Shown: positions 7,879-17,277, numbered from the stretch's first letter. The stretch: 64,000 nt of DNA from Candidatus Latescibacterota bacterium (GCA_965242865.1 CBDETK010000013.1:5455427-5519426), one strand, 5' to 3'. Numbers and translations: made by a program. The notes: generated by a model from the letters alone, not told the origin.

Positions 7879-9131
7879 GGGCGGTCCTCAAAAAGTTGCA
7901 AGCGAGCGGCGTTGATTTCCTGCTCACCGTACCCGTACAAGCCGGCGACCTTCTCCAATACTTGGTTCATGAGGATATCCGGGCAGGACGCGCCCGAGGT
8001 AATGACTAGCCGCACGGGCAGGGAGCGCGGCAGCCAGCCTTCGCTCTCGATTACTTTCTTAGTATGAATGTCGAGATGGCGGATGCGCTGGGCCGATAGG
8101 ATCTCGTCGCTGTTGGCAATGAGAAAGCTCGGCATGGATTGGAGGCATAGCTCGACTAAATGCGAGGTGTTCGAGCTATTGTAGCCGCCGACGATCAGGG
8201 CCAAATCGGCACCGGAACTTAGCAGCGTGCGCGTGGCGTTCTGGTTTTGGTGGGTAGCGTAGCACAGGGTGTCGTTGGTGTCGGCGCAGTGGTAGTCGAG
8301 GTTTTCCGCGCCGTAGCGCTGGCGCATGGCGCGGCGCAAAACAGCGGCCACTTCCTGCGTTTCCTCGGCGAGCATGGTCGTCTGGTTGACCACGGCCACC
8401 CGCTCTAGGTCCCTTTGCGGGTCAAAGCCCGCTGAGCATTTGTCGGCAAAGGTGCGCTCAAAGGCGGCGAGTGGCATCTTGCCCGTGATGTACGCGGCCA
8501 CCTTTTCGGCTTCGGCCGCGTCGAACACCACTAAGGTCTTGGTGTGTGCCTCGGTGTGCGAATGAGTGGCTTGAGTCTCGGCGTGGTTGTACTTGCCGTG
8601 GATGATGATGGTATAGCCTTGGCGGCCCAGCTCTTCGCCGCGCTTCCACACCTTGGACACAAAAGGGCAGGTGGTGTCGTAGTTTTCCCGGTATTCTTCG
8701 GACTCGATGGCGATGCCGCTGTGGCGGAGCGATTCCTCGATCTGCGTGGTGGTGCCAAAGGCCGGAATCAGGGCGATGTCTTCGCTGGTCAATTCCTCCT
8801 CGGCGATCTGGCGGTCCCCCTCGGAGTCGTAGATGAAGCGGACGCCTTGCTTTTTGAGGTCGTTGTTGACTAGGGGGTTGTGGATGATTTCGCTGACGAG
8901 GTACGTGTTGCGCCCCGGGTTTTCCTTTAAGGCCGAAAAGGCCATGTGAATGGCCCGCTCCACCCCGAAGCAAAAGCCAAAGTGCCGGGGGATTAAAACC
9001 TGTAGCTGGCCGATTGCTAGGAGGGTCGGACAGAGCGAACGCTTGCCGTTTTTTAGGCGGTAGTTCTTAACGCGCTCGATGACGGGGCCGGCGTAGTGAT
9101 TGGGGACCCGGTCGAATTGCGAATACGCCAT
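7875..9131 (-). CDS. ispH: 4-hydroxy-3-methylbut-2-enyl diphosphate reductase (long form)
   Basis: 418 aa with 'GFCFGVERAI', 'SEIIHNP', 'TTCPFVSKVW' and 'NSSNTSHL', the LytB/IspH signature blocks including the three Cys ligands. Confidence 0.92.
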   Translation of the reverse strand: MAYSQFDRVPNHYAGPVIERVKNYRLKNGKRSLCPTLLAIGQLQVLIPRHFGFCFGVERAIHMAFSALKENPGRNTYLVSEIIHNPLVNNDLKKQGVRFIYDSEGDRQIAEEELTSEDIALIPAFGTTTQIEESLRHSGIAIESEEYRENYDTTCPFVSKVWKRGEELGRQGYTIIIHGKYNHAETQATHSHTEAHTKTLVVFDAAEAEKVAAYITGKMPLAAFERTFADKCSAGFDPQRDLERVAVVNQTTMLAEETQEVAAVLRRAMRQRYGAENLDYHCADTNDTLCYATHQNQNATRTLLSSGADLALIVGGYNSSNTSHLVELCLQSMPSFLIANSDEILSAQRIRHLDIHTKKVIESEGWLPRSLPVRLVITSGASCPDILMNQVLEKVAGLYGYGEQEINAARLQLFEDRP

Positions 9132-9272
9132 GCAAAGCTCCTCGTGGAATTTTTATCTATGGAAGTACATAGTATGGCATCGGCCTAAACTGTCAATAGG
9201 GTGCTCTGCTCGGGGCCGGGCGATTGGTTATATTGTCCGGCGCTGAATTCACCTGTACGGGAGTGCCAACCC

Positions 9273-10337
9273 ATGAAATTCGTCATTCGCGCCGGCGGGA
9301 TCGGTACGCGGCTGTGGCCCTATAGCCGAGTGCGCAAGCCCAAACAGTTCCACTGCTTGGTCGGCGAGCAGACCATGCTCCAAGCCGCGGTCGCCCGCAT
9401 CAGCGCGATTGCCGCGCCAACCGACATGTACATATCGACCGGACGCCCATTGCAGGCACTGGTGCGCGAACAGGTGCCGGTGCTGCCGCCCGAGCAGCTC
9501 ATCGTCGAGCCGGCTCTGCGTAATACCGGGCCGGCCATCGGCTTGGAGTGCGCCTTATTGGAGGCTCGCCATCCGGGCTGTACGGTCGCCAGCTTGGGAT
9601 CGGACCACTACATAGGCCGGCCCGAGGAGTTTTGCCGCTTGTTGCAGGTGGCCGACCAAGCCCTAACCGACCGGCCCGACTGCTTGTTCACGCTGGGGGT
9701 TGAGCCGACGCGCCCGGAGACCGGGTACGGCTACATCCGCCGCGGCCCGGTGCTGGCCGAGGTGCATGGGACGCCGGTGTACGCGGTCGCCGAGTTTACG
9801 GAAAAGCCCGCGGCCCAACAGGCGGCCGAGTACGCGGCCAGCGGCCACTACTTGTGGAACAGCAACACGTTTGTCTGGAAGGCGGCGACCGTGCTGGAGC
9901 TGTTCGCCCGGTTTGAGCCGGCCATGCACGCCGGGTTGCAGCGCATCCAAGCAGCCGTTGGCACGCCGCAAGAGGAAGCGGTCATCGCCCGCGAGTATCC
10001 CCAACTCAAGCCGATCTCCATCGATCACGCCTTAGTCGAGTGCGCCCCCCAGGTGGCTACGCTCGCGGCGAATATCGACTGGGGCGACATTGGTTCTTGG
10101 GCCGCACTGACGGACGTATTGCCGACGGATGCGGCGGGCAATTTGCTGGCGGATGAGGTGCTGGCGTTGGACGCGGCCGGTTCGACCGTGTACGGGCAAA
10201 GCGACAAGATCGTGCTGCTATTGGGGGTGGAGGACTTGGTGGTGGTGGATACTGAAGACGCGCTGCTGGTGTGCGCCAAGGGGGCGGCGCAGCAGGTGAA
10301 GGACGCGGTGGAGCAACTAAAAGAGAAATACCGCTAG
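9273..10337 (+). CDS. mannose-1-phosphate guanylyltransferase-like sugar nucleotidyltransferase
   Basis: 'MKFVIRAGGIGTRLWPYSRVRKPKQF' (GGxGxRLWP.SR motif) from the ATG at 9273. The 24 codons upstream in the track ORF have no homology-like signal. Confidence 0.82.
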   Translation: MKFVIRAGGIGTRLWPYSRVRKPKQFHCLVGEQTMLQAAVARISAIAAPTDMYISTGRPLQALVREQVPVLPPEQLIVEPALRNTGPAIGLECALLEARHPGCTVASLGSDHYIGRPEEFCRLLQVADQALTDRPDCLFTLGVEPTRPETGYGYIRRGPVLAEVHGTPVYAVAEFTEKPAAQQAAEYAASGHYLWNSNTFVWKAATVLELFARFEPAMHAGLQRIQAAVGTPQEEAVIAREYPQLKPISIDHALVECAPQVATLAANIDWGDIGSWAALTDVLPTDAAGNLLADEVLALDAAGSTVYGQSDKIVLLLGVEDLVVVDTEDALLVCAKGAAQQVKDAVEQLKEKYR

Positions 10338-10428
10338 GCCTAAAATCCCTAGCAGAACTCGCCAAAAACGTCAGTCATTAAGAATTAAAAAAATCGCCAC
10401 CGGCGGGAGGAAGGGTAGCCCGAAGGAG

Positions 10429-13173
10429 CTACGATCGCTCGACGCGCACCTGATCCTTCAGGTCGAGATCGTCGAGCACCTGCCGCAGCTCGGTTTCCAC
10501 GGTCTGGGCAAATTGCGCGGGGACGCGCACGGTGAATTCTATGCCGACGCAAAGGTCTTCTCCAGAGCGCAGCTTGGGCAGCAGTTTGGTTCCCAAGCGA
10601 TTCCAGACTTCGGGCGGCACAACGCCGGTGAGCCTAAGCGCGGTCTTTTGATTGGCTGGACTCGGGGCCGGGGCCGGCTGGGGTGGAGGCTCGGGGCGCG
10701 GCGCGGGTTCCGGTTCTGGCTGGGGCGCATCTTCAGGCGCGGCTTTGAGTGCTTGGGCCTTGGCTTTGGCTACCAAGAACACGTTCTCCTCAAACACCAC
10801 ATCCTCGGCAGCGACCGCCTCTTCATACCACAGCCGATTGAGGTTGGCGCCGGAGGCTAGGCCGAACTCTCCCCGCGCCACAAACTCAACGATCTTCTGA
10901 CGCAAGATCGCGTCGGGATCGATCAGCCGCGTCAACGCGCCGTTCAAAAAACTCTGGCGCAGGCTCGTCAGCGGCCACGCCCCCGCGTCTTTGAACGCGG
11001 CCGGCCAGTGGCGGTCGATGTAGCCGGCCCCCACGTTCTCGTTGAGCAGGGCCTCGGCTTTCAACGCACTGATGATCCGTCCGCAGAGGGTTTGGCTGGC
11101 ACTGGCGTGGCCGGCTCCGAGGTCGATGATCTTGAGCTGGTGCTCTTCTCGATTGTCCGCCAGCGCGACAAAGCGGTAGCCAGCCCATACCTCGTCCTTG
11201 GCCGCTTCCTCTGCGTCGCGAACGTGGGCCTGAAGCTCGGCGCGGTCCGCACGGTCGTATTCTGAGCCGAGGACGCCCTCGGCCACCTCGTGCGCGACGC
11301 GCTTCCAAGCGAGCCATAGCTCGACCTTGTCGCGCAGTTCGCGCCCCGGCTTCCGCGCACACCAGACCAACGAACCGCGGTACAGCCGGGGCGCGGTGCC
11401 CCGCTCCTGCGTCCAATCGCCAATGCGCTCGATCACTCGGTTGCCGCTGGGCCATTCCTCATCCGGGTCGAGGACGATGAGGGCCAAGCGCGGCGAATCC
11501 GGGACTGCGGTGCTGTCTTGGGGGAAGAAGCTCGTCGGCAGGGTCGCACCGCGGTTGAACTCTTCCTCGACCAGCTTGCGGATCGCCGGCTTGATCTCGG
11601 CGGTCTCGTCGAGCGACGCCCGCCGGTCGCTGACGACCTTGCGCAGGGTCGCTTGGTGGTGGATGCGGTAGCCGTCTGTGCCGACTTTGCGGATAAAGAA
11701 CCCCGACCCTTCGAGGGCGGTCGCCGCGCTGTCAATCGTCGTGGTTTCGACTTGGGGCTCCCCGAGCGCAAAGCGCAATTCCGGCAGATGGGCCACCTTA
11801 TCTACCTGCCCGCCAGAGGACTCAAACAGGATGGCCGTGCCCACGCGGCGGTGGATGTCGCGCAACGCGCCCGTGGCATCGGCATCGAGCGGTCTGGCCC
11901 GGGCCGTCAATCCCGCGAGGTCGGCGTCAATCGCCACGTCGAGCCGCGACTCGCCCAACTGGCCCAAGACCACAGCGCGGAACTCGGGCACATCCAACGG
12001 CGCCGCCCCCAGCGTAATCAGCGGCTCGGTGCGCGCCTTGGTAAATTGCTCGCGGGCGGCCCAAGAAATCCATTGCGCGAGCATGGCCAGCGCCCCGCGG
12101 GTTTGCTGGAACTGAGTGAGCGCGCGCCACTTGCGCTGAAAGACCGAAAGGGTGGCCGGATGAAAGGGATAGCACGCGGCAAATCGGCCCCGCAAAAACT
12201 CCTTGGCCTTGGCTTCGGTCGTCGCGGTATCGACCGCCAGCCACTCGGCCGGTAAGCGGGCAGTGCGTTCAAAGCACCAGTCCGCGTACGTCTTGGCGAC
12301 GCGCTTGCGAACGCGCTCGCTGCCGAGGTCCTCAAACAACCGCCGACGCACCACTTCGCTGATCTCGGATTCGTCGTTGGCAATTAGATCGCGGGCGACG
12401 CGGCGCACCACCTTGGTGATTCGGTCTTGCCACTGCTGATCCCAATCGGTCATTTCGACTTGGCTGCGCGGCAGGCTGATGACCGCGGCGGCCTGCGTGC
12501 TGCCGGTGACCGCGACGGTCAGGTTTTGTAGGAAGGCGTGGAAAGGCTCGGCTAGGTCGCGGTGGCGGTTGACGAAGTTCAGGACTTCATCGAACAACAG
12601 CAGCACGGGTGCGTCCGCCGCGGCGAATACGTTGGCGAGTGCCTCGGTGCCCGGTGGCGTGGTTTTTGCGGTCGCCCCGAGCGCGGCCACGCCCGTTTCG
12701 CCGGCCAGTTGGCGGGCTAGATCGATCCAAGGCGTCTCTCGGCCCTCTGCCGGGTCCCAAGCATTGCCGACGAAGACGCCGACGCGGGCGGGCGGAGCTT
12801 TGGCAAGCCCCGCCTCGTTTAGGAGGTCTGCCACCCCGAGGAACTGGGCGGCCTCTGCGCCGGCCTTGGCGATGTGATACAGGGAAGCGAGGGTATGGGT
12901 CTTGCCGCCGCCGAATTGGGTGACGAGCGTGAGGACCGGGGCTGTGTTCTCGGTCTTGCCGGAAAGTCGCCGGAGGACCATGCCGGCGTGTTCCTTTAGG
13001 GCGCGGGTGAAGCAGGTGCGCGAAAAAAATTGCGCGGGCTCGCGGTAATCGGCCGGAGCGGTTTGGGCGACGATTTGCTCTAGGGCGATGGCGAACTCGT
13101 CCGGGCTGAACGAGCGGCCTTCGCGCACTTCCCTGCGGAGCGTTACGATTTTGTACCAAGGGTCGAGGGCCAT
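10429..13173 (-). CDS. DUF499 (COG1483-type) AAA-like ATPase, normal partner of the DUF1156 methylase
   Basis: 914 aa. The N-terminus 'MALDPWYKIVTLRREVREGRS...FAIALEQIV' and Walker A 'QFGGGKTHTLASLYH' are characteristic of DUF499 proteins. A Pro-rich linker (PEPEPAPRPEPPPQPAPAPSP) precedes a small C-terminal domain. Confidence 0.82.
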   Translation of the reverse strand: MALDPWYKIVTLRREVREGRSFSPDEFAIALEQIVAQTAPADYREPAQFFSRTCFTRALKEHAGMVLRRLSGKTENTAPVLTLVTQFGGGKTHTLASLYHIAKAGAEAAQFLGVADLLNEAGLAKAPPARVGVFVGNAWDPAEGRETPWIDLARQLAGETGVAALGATAKTTPPGTEALANVFAAADAPVLLLFDEVLNFVNRHRDLAEPFHAFLQNLTVAVTGSTQAAAVISLPRSQVEMTDWDQQWQDRITKVVRRVARDLIANDESEISEVVRRRLFEDLGSERVRKRVAKTYADWCFERTARLPAEWLAVDTATTEAKAKEFLRGRFAACYPFHPATLSVFQRKWRALTQFQQTRGALAMLAQWISWAAREQFTKARTEPLITLGAAPLDVPEFRAVVLGQLGESRLDVAIDADLAGLTARARPLDADATGALRDIHRRVGTAILFESSGGQVDKVAHLPELRFALGEPQVETTTIDSAATALEGSGFFIRKVGTDGYRIHHQATLRKVVSDRRASLDETAEIKPAIRKLVEEEFNRGATLPTSFFPQDSTAVPDSPRLALIVLDPDEEWPSGNRVIERIGDWTQERGTAPRLYRGSLVWCARKPGRELRDKVELWLAWKRVAHEVAEGVLGSEYDRADRAELQAHVRDAEEAAKDEVWAGYRFVALADNREEHQLKIIDLGAGHASASQTLCGRIISALKAEALLNENVGAGYIDRHWPAAFKDAGAWPLTSLRQSFLNGALTRLIDPDAILRQKIVEFVARGEFGLASGANLNRLWYEEAVAAEDVVFEENVFLVAKAKAQALKAAPEDAPQPEPEPAPRPEPPPQPAPAPSPANQKTALRLTGVVPPEVWNRLGTKLLPKLRSGEDLCVGIEFTVRVPAQFAQTVETELRQVLDDLDLKDQVRVERS

Positions 13174-13301
13174 TTTCAGTTCCTATTGATTTGTTATCTG
13201 CCGTAATTTGGCGCGAAGATCGTCCAAAAACGCCTTTAGCGACGAATCGCTCTTCCCTGCTCGATAGAAGTCCATACCCTCTACCAGTTCAGAAGCGAAG
13301 A

Positions 13302-14546
13302 TTACTCATCAATGAGTCCGCGCAGTATCAGGCTTTCAAACATACCATCTTCCATCTGGCTGGCGAGTGCCGCCGCGATTTCTGTATCCTGAAACAGCGA
13401 GCCTGTAACATCGAAGGGGTCGATCACCGTCCCCTGATTCGCAAGGCGGACATTGAAGAGGCCAATATCGCTTGATTGTGTCTCGCGCTTCATCTTCATG
13501 ATTGCATCGACAAACAGTGGTGAATGCGTGGTGACAACAACTTGGCCTCGACGCTCCTCGACAACAGAGAACAGAAGCCGAGCGATCAGTTCGAGCCGGC
13601 GTGGATGAACGCCGTTTTCGGGTTCCTCCAGTGTTAGGAGAGAGCCGCCCCAAGGGTTCGCAGCGATGGTGCAGAGTGCGAGAACCCGCAGCGTTCCTTC
13701 AGATAAGATGCGAGAGGAATACTCTACGCCTGCCTGCTGGACCAACAGATCCAAGGTGCCGCGTCGCTCGTCTAGTTCGACGTTTAGCGTCTCAATGCTC
13801 GGTACGATTGAGCGCAATGTTCGCAGGACGGCAGCAAAATACTTGGGGTGCTCAGCTCGGAGCTTATATAAAAATGACGCGATGTACTCGCCGTGAATGC
13901 CAATATCCAACACGTCGGCCGGGGACTCCTCCGCCCGCATCTGCATCCGTGGCTCGAAATAGTACGTGCGCCAGTTCAGCAACTCTGAACGGACTTGCTC
14001 TAGCCAAGGGTATCCGTTGCCGCCCAAGCTCCGGTCAGACAGAATAGAGTGGTTCAAGCCGACCGGCTCCTGTCGCGGATGAGCCGGCTTGCCCTTGCGG
14101 CGGATGTGGAAGTTAGATCCCACGCGCTCAATGGCCGCGGCCCCCTTCGGGTTTCCGGCCGCACTGAGTTGAGCCAAATACTCGTCGGCAACGCTGAGTT
14201 GTCCCGATCTAAAATCTATTTCCGGCTCGACGCGATATCGATAACCTCCTTTCTCAGTAGCCAGATCGGCCTCCAGTGTAAACCGTGCAGATTGTTTCTG
14301 AAGCAAAGCGGGTAGTCCTTCCGCAGAAAAAGAGAATGCTTCAAAGGCATAACCGCGTACCGGAAACGATCCTCCGAGTGCGTCGAATAGCGTACGTGCG
14401 TTGCCCATCCACGAAAGAGCTTGGATGGCGTCCAGCAGATTGCTCTTGCCAACAGCATTAGGCCCAAAAAGGACCGCCAAACGGGGCAGGTCGACCGTGA
14501 CTTCGCTGAGCGACTTGAAGTTGCGGACGGTCAGTCTCTTGAGCAT
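13302..14546 (-). CDS. ABC/AAA_15-AAA_21-type ATPase (SMC-like head), full length
   Basis: The ATG at 14546 is preceded by AGGAGAG. 'LKRLTVRNFKSLSEVTV', Walker A 'GPNAVGKSN', signature-like 'LSEGTLRVLAL', Walker B 'LLTLEEPENGVHP' and D-loop/H 'VVTTHSP'. Confidence 0.8.
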   Translation of the reverse strand: MLKRLTVRNFKSLSEVTVDLPRLAVLFGPNAVGKSNLLDAIQALSWMGNARTLFDALGGSFPVRGYAFEAFSFSAEGLPALLQKQSARFTLEADLATEKGGYRYRVEPEIDFRSGQLSVADEYLAQLSAAGNPKGAAAIERVGSNFHIRRKGKPAHPRQEPVGLNHSILSDRSLGGNGYPWLEQVRSELLNWRTYYFEPRMQMRAEESPADVLDIGIHGEYIASFLYKLRAEHPKYFAAVLRTLRSIVPSIETLNVELDERRGTLDLLVQQAGVEYSSRILSEGTLRVLALCTIAANPWGGSLLTLEEPENGVHPRRLELIARLLFSVVEERRGQVVVTTHSPLFVDAIMKMKRETQSSDIGLFNVRLANQGTVIDPFDVTGSLFQDTEIAAALASQMEDGMFESLILRGLIDE

Positions 14547-14625
14547 TTGCGCTCTCCTATCGCGGTATCCCCCAGCGACTCCAATTTCGTTACCCAGCCA
14601 TTGAACCGAAGGCATTTAGCGCGAA

Positions 14626-15195
14626 TCACGGGCGTCCTCCGAGCAGGTTCTTCTGCCAGAGCTCGCCCGGTGTGAAGTTATCGTCGAGCCATACCTGATA
14701 GTCATCTGGGGATAGCTTGCGAACTTCAGTACGACCGTCCCGTAGCTCTAATACGAAAATCTCGTCGAGACCGAACGCATCAACCAGCAAGGGCGATTGT
14801 GTTGCCACAATGACCTGCCTGTCCTCGGCGAGGGACTTTATCATACCCCCGACCAAAGCGATAGCGGCCGAACGGTCGGGCTGAGCACGGGAAAGCATGA
14901 ACCGATAGTCGCCATAGCCCTCATCGATTCGCAATCTAACCTCGGCCTCTATGCGTGGCGTCCGTCGGCTGCCGCCATGTAATTGGTCATCGGCTCCTCC
15001 TTGGCTACCGATGAACTCGGCGAGCCTGCGATGCTCGAGCATCCAACTCAGCATTTCAAAGAAGCGAATGAAATTCGACTTGCCTGAGCCGTTGGCACCG
15101 ATTAGGACCGCCGCCTTGGGAATTCCCGCAAGCTCAACATCGGCCAACGACCGGAAGCCGCGGATGCGGACGGATTCGATCATTGTTGAGTCCAT
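14626..15195 (-). CDS. short ABC-type ATPase paralog lacking the central region (Walker A and C-terminal H-loop only); possibly a decayed gene
   Basis: From the ATG at 15195: 'MIESVRIRGFRSLADVEL', Walker A 'GANGSGKSN' and 'LSWML', then directly 'VIVATQSPLLVD...GELWQKNLLGGRP'. At about 189 aa it has no ABC signature or Walker B segment, compared with 414 aa for its downstream neighbour. Confidence 0.55.
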   Translation of the reverse strand: MDSTMIESVRIRGFRSLADVELAGIPKAAVLIGANGSGKSNFIRFFEMLSWMLEHRRLAEFIGSQGGADDQLHGGSRRTPRIEAEVRLRIDEGYGDYRFMLSRAQPDRSAAIALVGGMIKSLAEDRQVIVATQSPLLVDAFGLDEIFVLELRDGRTEVRKLSPDDYQVWLDDNFTPGELWQKNLLGGRP

Positions 15196-15205
15196 TTCGT
15201 TCCTT

Positions 15206-15238
15206 TCACCTCGGTGCCGCCAAGAGCATGGCGTCGAT
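15206..15238 (-). repeat. relic D of the DUF1156 methylase 3' end
   Basis: The minus strand reads ATCGACGCCATGCTCTTGGCGGCACCGAGGTGA (IDAMLLAAPR*). The genuine methylase end is CTCGACGCCATGCTGCTGGCGGTGCCGAGGTGA (LDAMLLAVPR*). That is 5 mismatches in 33 nt by manual alignment. The relic lies 10 nt upstream of the ATG at 15195. Confidence 0.7.
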
Positions 15239-15242
15239 GTAG

Positions 15243-15719
15243 TTATTTCTGGCATAGATCTCGTCGTCCAAGTAGTCTCTTGTGGGTAGGCGTGAAACGC
15301 TGGTTCGTACGTGTGGTGTAGATCTTGCCTCGTGGTCGGTTTATCAGATCCCTGTTCTTGAAATCCTCGCCTAGTCTCTTCTCTCTTTCACTGCTCTCAT
15401 TAGTAAACAATAGACGCGCTCCACTGATTTGGGCTAAGGCGATGATGTGCGAATCGTCTGAAACGCATTTACCCTTGATCGCCTCTGCTTTAGCGTTGAC
15501 CTGATCTTCGTTCATGGTCCTCATTTTGCCCGCTTCTCCTAACGTACTCGCCCATTCTCTAAATGTTGGCGAACCGTCTTTAAGTTCTTCAAGTAGCTTG
15601 CCGCCGACTATCAAGCGTTCTGATCCTGCGTTGATCCAATCATAGAATTTCTCGCCTGCCTCAGATTGACTGGGACCGAAAACTTCATTGGCTACATTCG
15701 CATCAACAATTGCACACAT
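15243..15719 (-). CDS. PIN-like (DUF4411-like) putative nuclease
   Basis: 158 aa. 'CAIVDANVANEVF' is a first-strand Asp, and 'VSDDSHIIALAQISGARLLFTNES' is a PIN-like D...hhA.A...hhT.E pattern. It starts 4 nt after the upstream ATPase stop. Confidence 0.5.
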   Translation of the reverse strand: MCAIVDANVANEVFGPSQSEAGEKFYDWINAGSERLIVGGKLLEELKDGSPTFREWASTLGEAGKMRTMNEDQVNAKAEAIKGKCVSDDSHIIALAQISGARLLFTNESSEREKRLGEDFKNRDLINRPRGKIYTTRTNQRFTPTHKRLLGRRDLCQK

Positions 15720-15722
15720 GGC

Positions 15723-17081
15723 TCAACTCCTTTCAGCCTTTCGTCTCTTCCAAATAGACCGTTCCATTTCATTGATGAAGAACTGCCGATATACCGGAGG
15801 GGCATTCAGGACGTTTCCCTCGGCGTCTATTTCTAGTGAATGAATATGTACGTCGAGGTCGCGTCGCTCGAAGAAGAGAATGGAAACGTCTTCGGGTTTC
15901 AGGTTCCCCTCGCTGTCGCGAACGTCCATGCGCACCCGGCTGAGCAGGTGATCGCTATGCGTCTCAATCACCAATTGACGCTCCGGCCCGGCAATTTGGC
16001 AGAATAGACTGCCCAGAGCGGCTTGGGCACTGGGATGGAGATGTACTTCCGGTTGCTGGAGCAGAAAAATGGACGGGGCGTCTGAACGCAGTAACTCGGT
16101 GACGACAGGGAGCACTTGGCTCACTCCATAACCTACGTCAATCAAGTTGCGTTGCGGCCCCTTAACCCTTTTCCCGTATTTTCGGATCTGCACCTGAAAA
16201 GGCTCGGTCTCCTTCTTGTCGAAAGACTTGACCGAGATTTCGTCAAAAAGGCCGGCGTCTTGACCAAATTTTTCGAGCGCGTCCTTGAGGGTTTCCCATT
16301 GCTTTTTATGCTGGAAATACAAATTGGACAGGTACATGGGAATGTAGTCGCCTTCGGGGTCCTGTGTCGGGAGTGCGGGGTCGTAGGTACGACGTGGCTT
16401 GGAGCGAACAGGTGCGCTGGCATACGGTTCGGATGCGTGAAAGAGAAAACGGCCTGATTGGCTAGCGTATATAACCTCTTTGATTTTTTTTAAGTCCGCT
16501 TTTGTAGGAGCCGCTGCACCTGCTAGTGCGTTCCATTGATGATTTTCTTCGAGCGTTTCTGTAAAATGCCAAATAAGCGACAAAAGAGAAAGTCGATCGT
16601 CCCGACTCCAATCCAGAAAGTGGACGGCCTCATCAGATAGATGATGCTTCCAAGCCCCCCTTTTTGTCCCGAAGCAAACCTCCCTTTGCGAGAGACGATA
16701 TTCGATCCACGTATCCTTTTGAGAAAGGCGTCTGCGCTCCGGCACCGGGACGCTTCCCTTCTTTTTGAAGATCGCTTCAAAATGGAACGGTTCTGTGTCG
16801 CTACGTATCTGAGTAGTGAATGCAAATCCCGCCTCAAAAGCATCTGCTCGACCACCCCGTCCTCGGTAATGGGCGATCTCGTCGAAGCTGCCGAGGTCGT
16901 AAGGCTCTTTCTTAAAATCGGGGTTTTTCTGCCGGTAGGCGACATCCCAGAGTGCCCGGATCAGGGCCATGAACGAGGTCTTGCCGGTGCTGTTCTCCCC
17001 GACAAGTAGCGTCAGTGGTGCTAAACGGGCGGTCTGTTTTTCGCGGAAGCAGCGAAAGTTTTTGATCGTGATTTGGTCCAT
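15723..17081 (-). CDS. AAA_21/DUF3696-like ABC-type ATPase
   Basis: 452 aa. 'ITIKNFRCF', Walker A 'GENSTGKTS', 'VGYGVSQVLPVV' (remembered as a DUF3696-type signature), Walker B 'IFLLQQPEVHLHP' and 'VIETHSDHLL'. Confidence 0.82.
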   Translation of the reverse strand: MDQITIKNFRCFREKQTARLAPLTLLVGENSTGKTSFMALIRALWDVAYRQKNPDFKKEPYDLGSFDEIAHYRGRGGRADAFEAGFAFTTQIRSDTEPFHFEAIFKKKGSVPVPERRRLSQKDTWIEYRLSQREVCFGTKRGAWKHHLSDEAVHFLDWSRDDRLSLLSLIWHFTETLEENHQWNALAGAAAPTKADLKKIKEVIYASQSGRFLFHASEPYASAPVRSKPRRTYDPALPTQDPEGDYIPMYLSNLYFQHKKQWETLKDALEKFGQDAGLFDEISVKSFDKKETEPFQVQIRKYGKRVKGPQRNLIDVGYGVSQVLPVVTELLRSDAPSIFLLQQPEVHLHPSAQAALGSLFCQIAGPERQLVIETHSDHLLSRVRMDVRDSEGNLKPEDVSILFFERRDLDVHIHSLEIDAEGNVLNAPPVYRQFFINEMERSIWKRRKAERS

Positions 17082-17102
17082 GCGATTCCCTTTTTTGTGC
17101 TT

Positions 17103-17235
17103 TTAGCGCGGCACCGCTAGTAGGAGGCGTTTTTCGTTGCAGCCTTGAGGATAGGGGGCGGATAGGGCGTTGGCAAGGCGGAGGAAGTCCTCGGCACAAA
17201 TCAGCGTCCGCAGCCTCTAAGGCGATGGCGGATGA
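17103..17235 (-). pseudogene. relic B of the DUF1156 methylase 3' end (about 130 nt, decayed)
   Basis: The minus strand reads ..DFLRLANALSAPYPQGCNEKRLLLAVPR* against the genuine ..DFLRLANALSALYPQGCNEKRLLDAMLLAVPR*. A 68-nt core has 3 mismatches and includes a 34-nt identical run. There are in-frame deletions and an upstream in-frame TAG. The relic lies 21 nt upstream of the ATG at 17081. Confidence 0.85.
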
Positions 17236-17277
17236 GAGATGCGGATACGACCGCCGCACACCGATCTACTAGGAATC

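Noticed and set aside
10500-13200. Numerous plus- and minus-strand ORFs of 60-250 aa overlapping the DUF499 gene (for example 11518..12255+ and 10886..11455-).
   Set aside because: These are typical high-GC shadow ORFs (Arg/Ala/Pro/Gly-rich). They lie fully inside a long ORF with clear family motifs.
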